Shown here piece after piece: positions 63,969 to 64,000 of a DNA stretch of 64,000 nucleotides; position 1 is the first letter of the stretch, and every line of letters starts with the position of its first letter. The notes under the pieces are model-generated. The model saw only the letters and a list, made by a program, of their open reading frames with translations. It searched no databases and was not told where the DNA came from. Made by a program: the position numbers and the translations under genes. Source of the stretch: Camelus dromedarius (taxonomy: Eukaryota); NCBI RefSeq assembly GCF_036321535.1, contig NC_087436.1, positions 6,386,001 to 6,450,000 on the forward strand, in the 5' to 3' direction.

Positions 63969-64000
63969 GGGAGATAGGGAGATAGAGAGAGAGACGGATA

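Noticed and set aside
1..64000. Apparent abundance of AP-1 TGA(C/G)TCA sites
   Set aside because: Scattered, several inside repeats, and not tested against background.
1..64000. CRISPR arrays, operons, rRNA/snRNA genes, numts or an intact provirus
   Set aside because: None seen; the sequence is mammalian intronic/intergenic DNA and the LTRs appear solitary.

Overview
Repeat-rich mammalian genomic DNA, most likely camelid (alpaca/llama/camel), judged from three tRNA-Ala-derived Vic-1-type SINEs and lineage-type L1 3' ends. By eye roughly half the window is interspersed repeat: L1 fragments of several ages, L2, MIR, MaLR/ERVL/ERV1 solo LTRs and hAT/Tigger MITEs. The only gene-derived sequence I can name is a 5'-truncated, disabled processed pseudogene of FUS (minus strand, ~43545-44112). 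A CpG island at ~48.5-49.2 kb carries promoter motifs and canonical minus-strand splice signals, suggesting the 5' end of an unidentified spliced transcript running leftward; I could not name it or show that it codes. Nearly all ORFs in the supplied track are repeat-derived or chance. I found no convincing new biological system. The most interesting items are unusual retrotransposition products (a head-to-head L1/SINE pair inside one target-site duplication, an L1 5'UTR-3'UTR fusion, an isolated L1 5' end, a probable 3' transduction), a MER41-like LTR with an intact GAS/STAT site, and an L1 fossil with strong AT-to-GC drift. Repeat family names come from recalled consensus sequences, not a database search. 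Boundaries are approximate unless a TSD is quoted.
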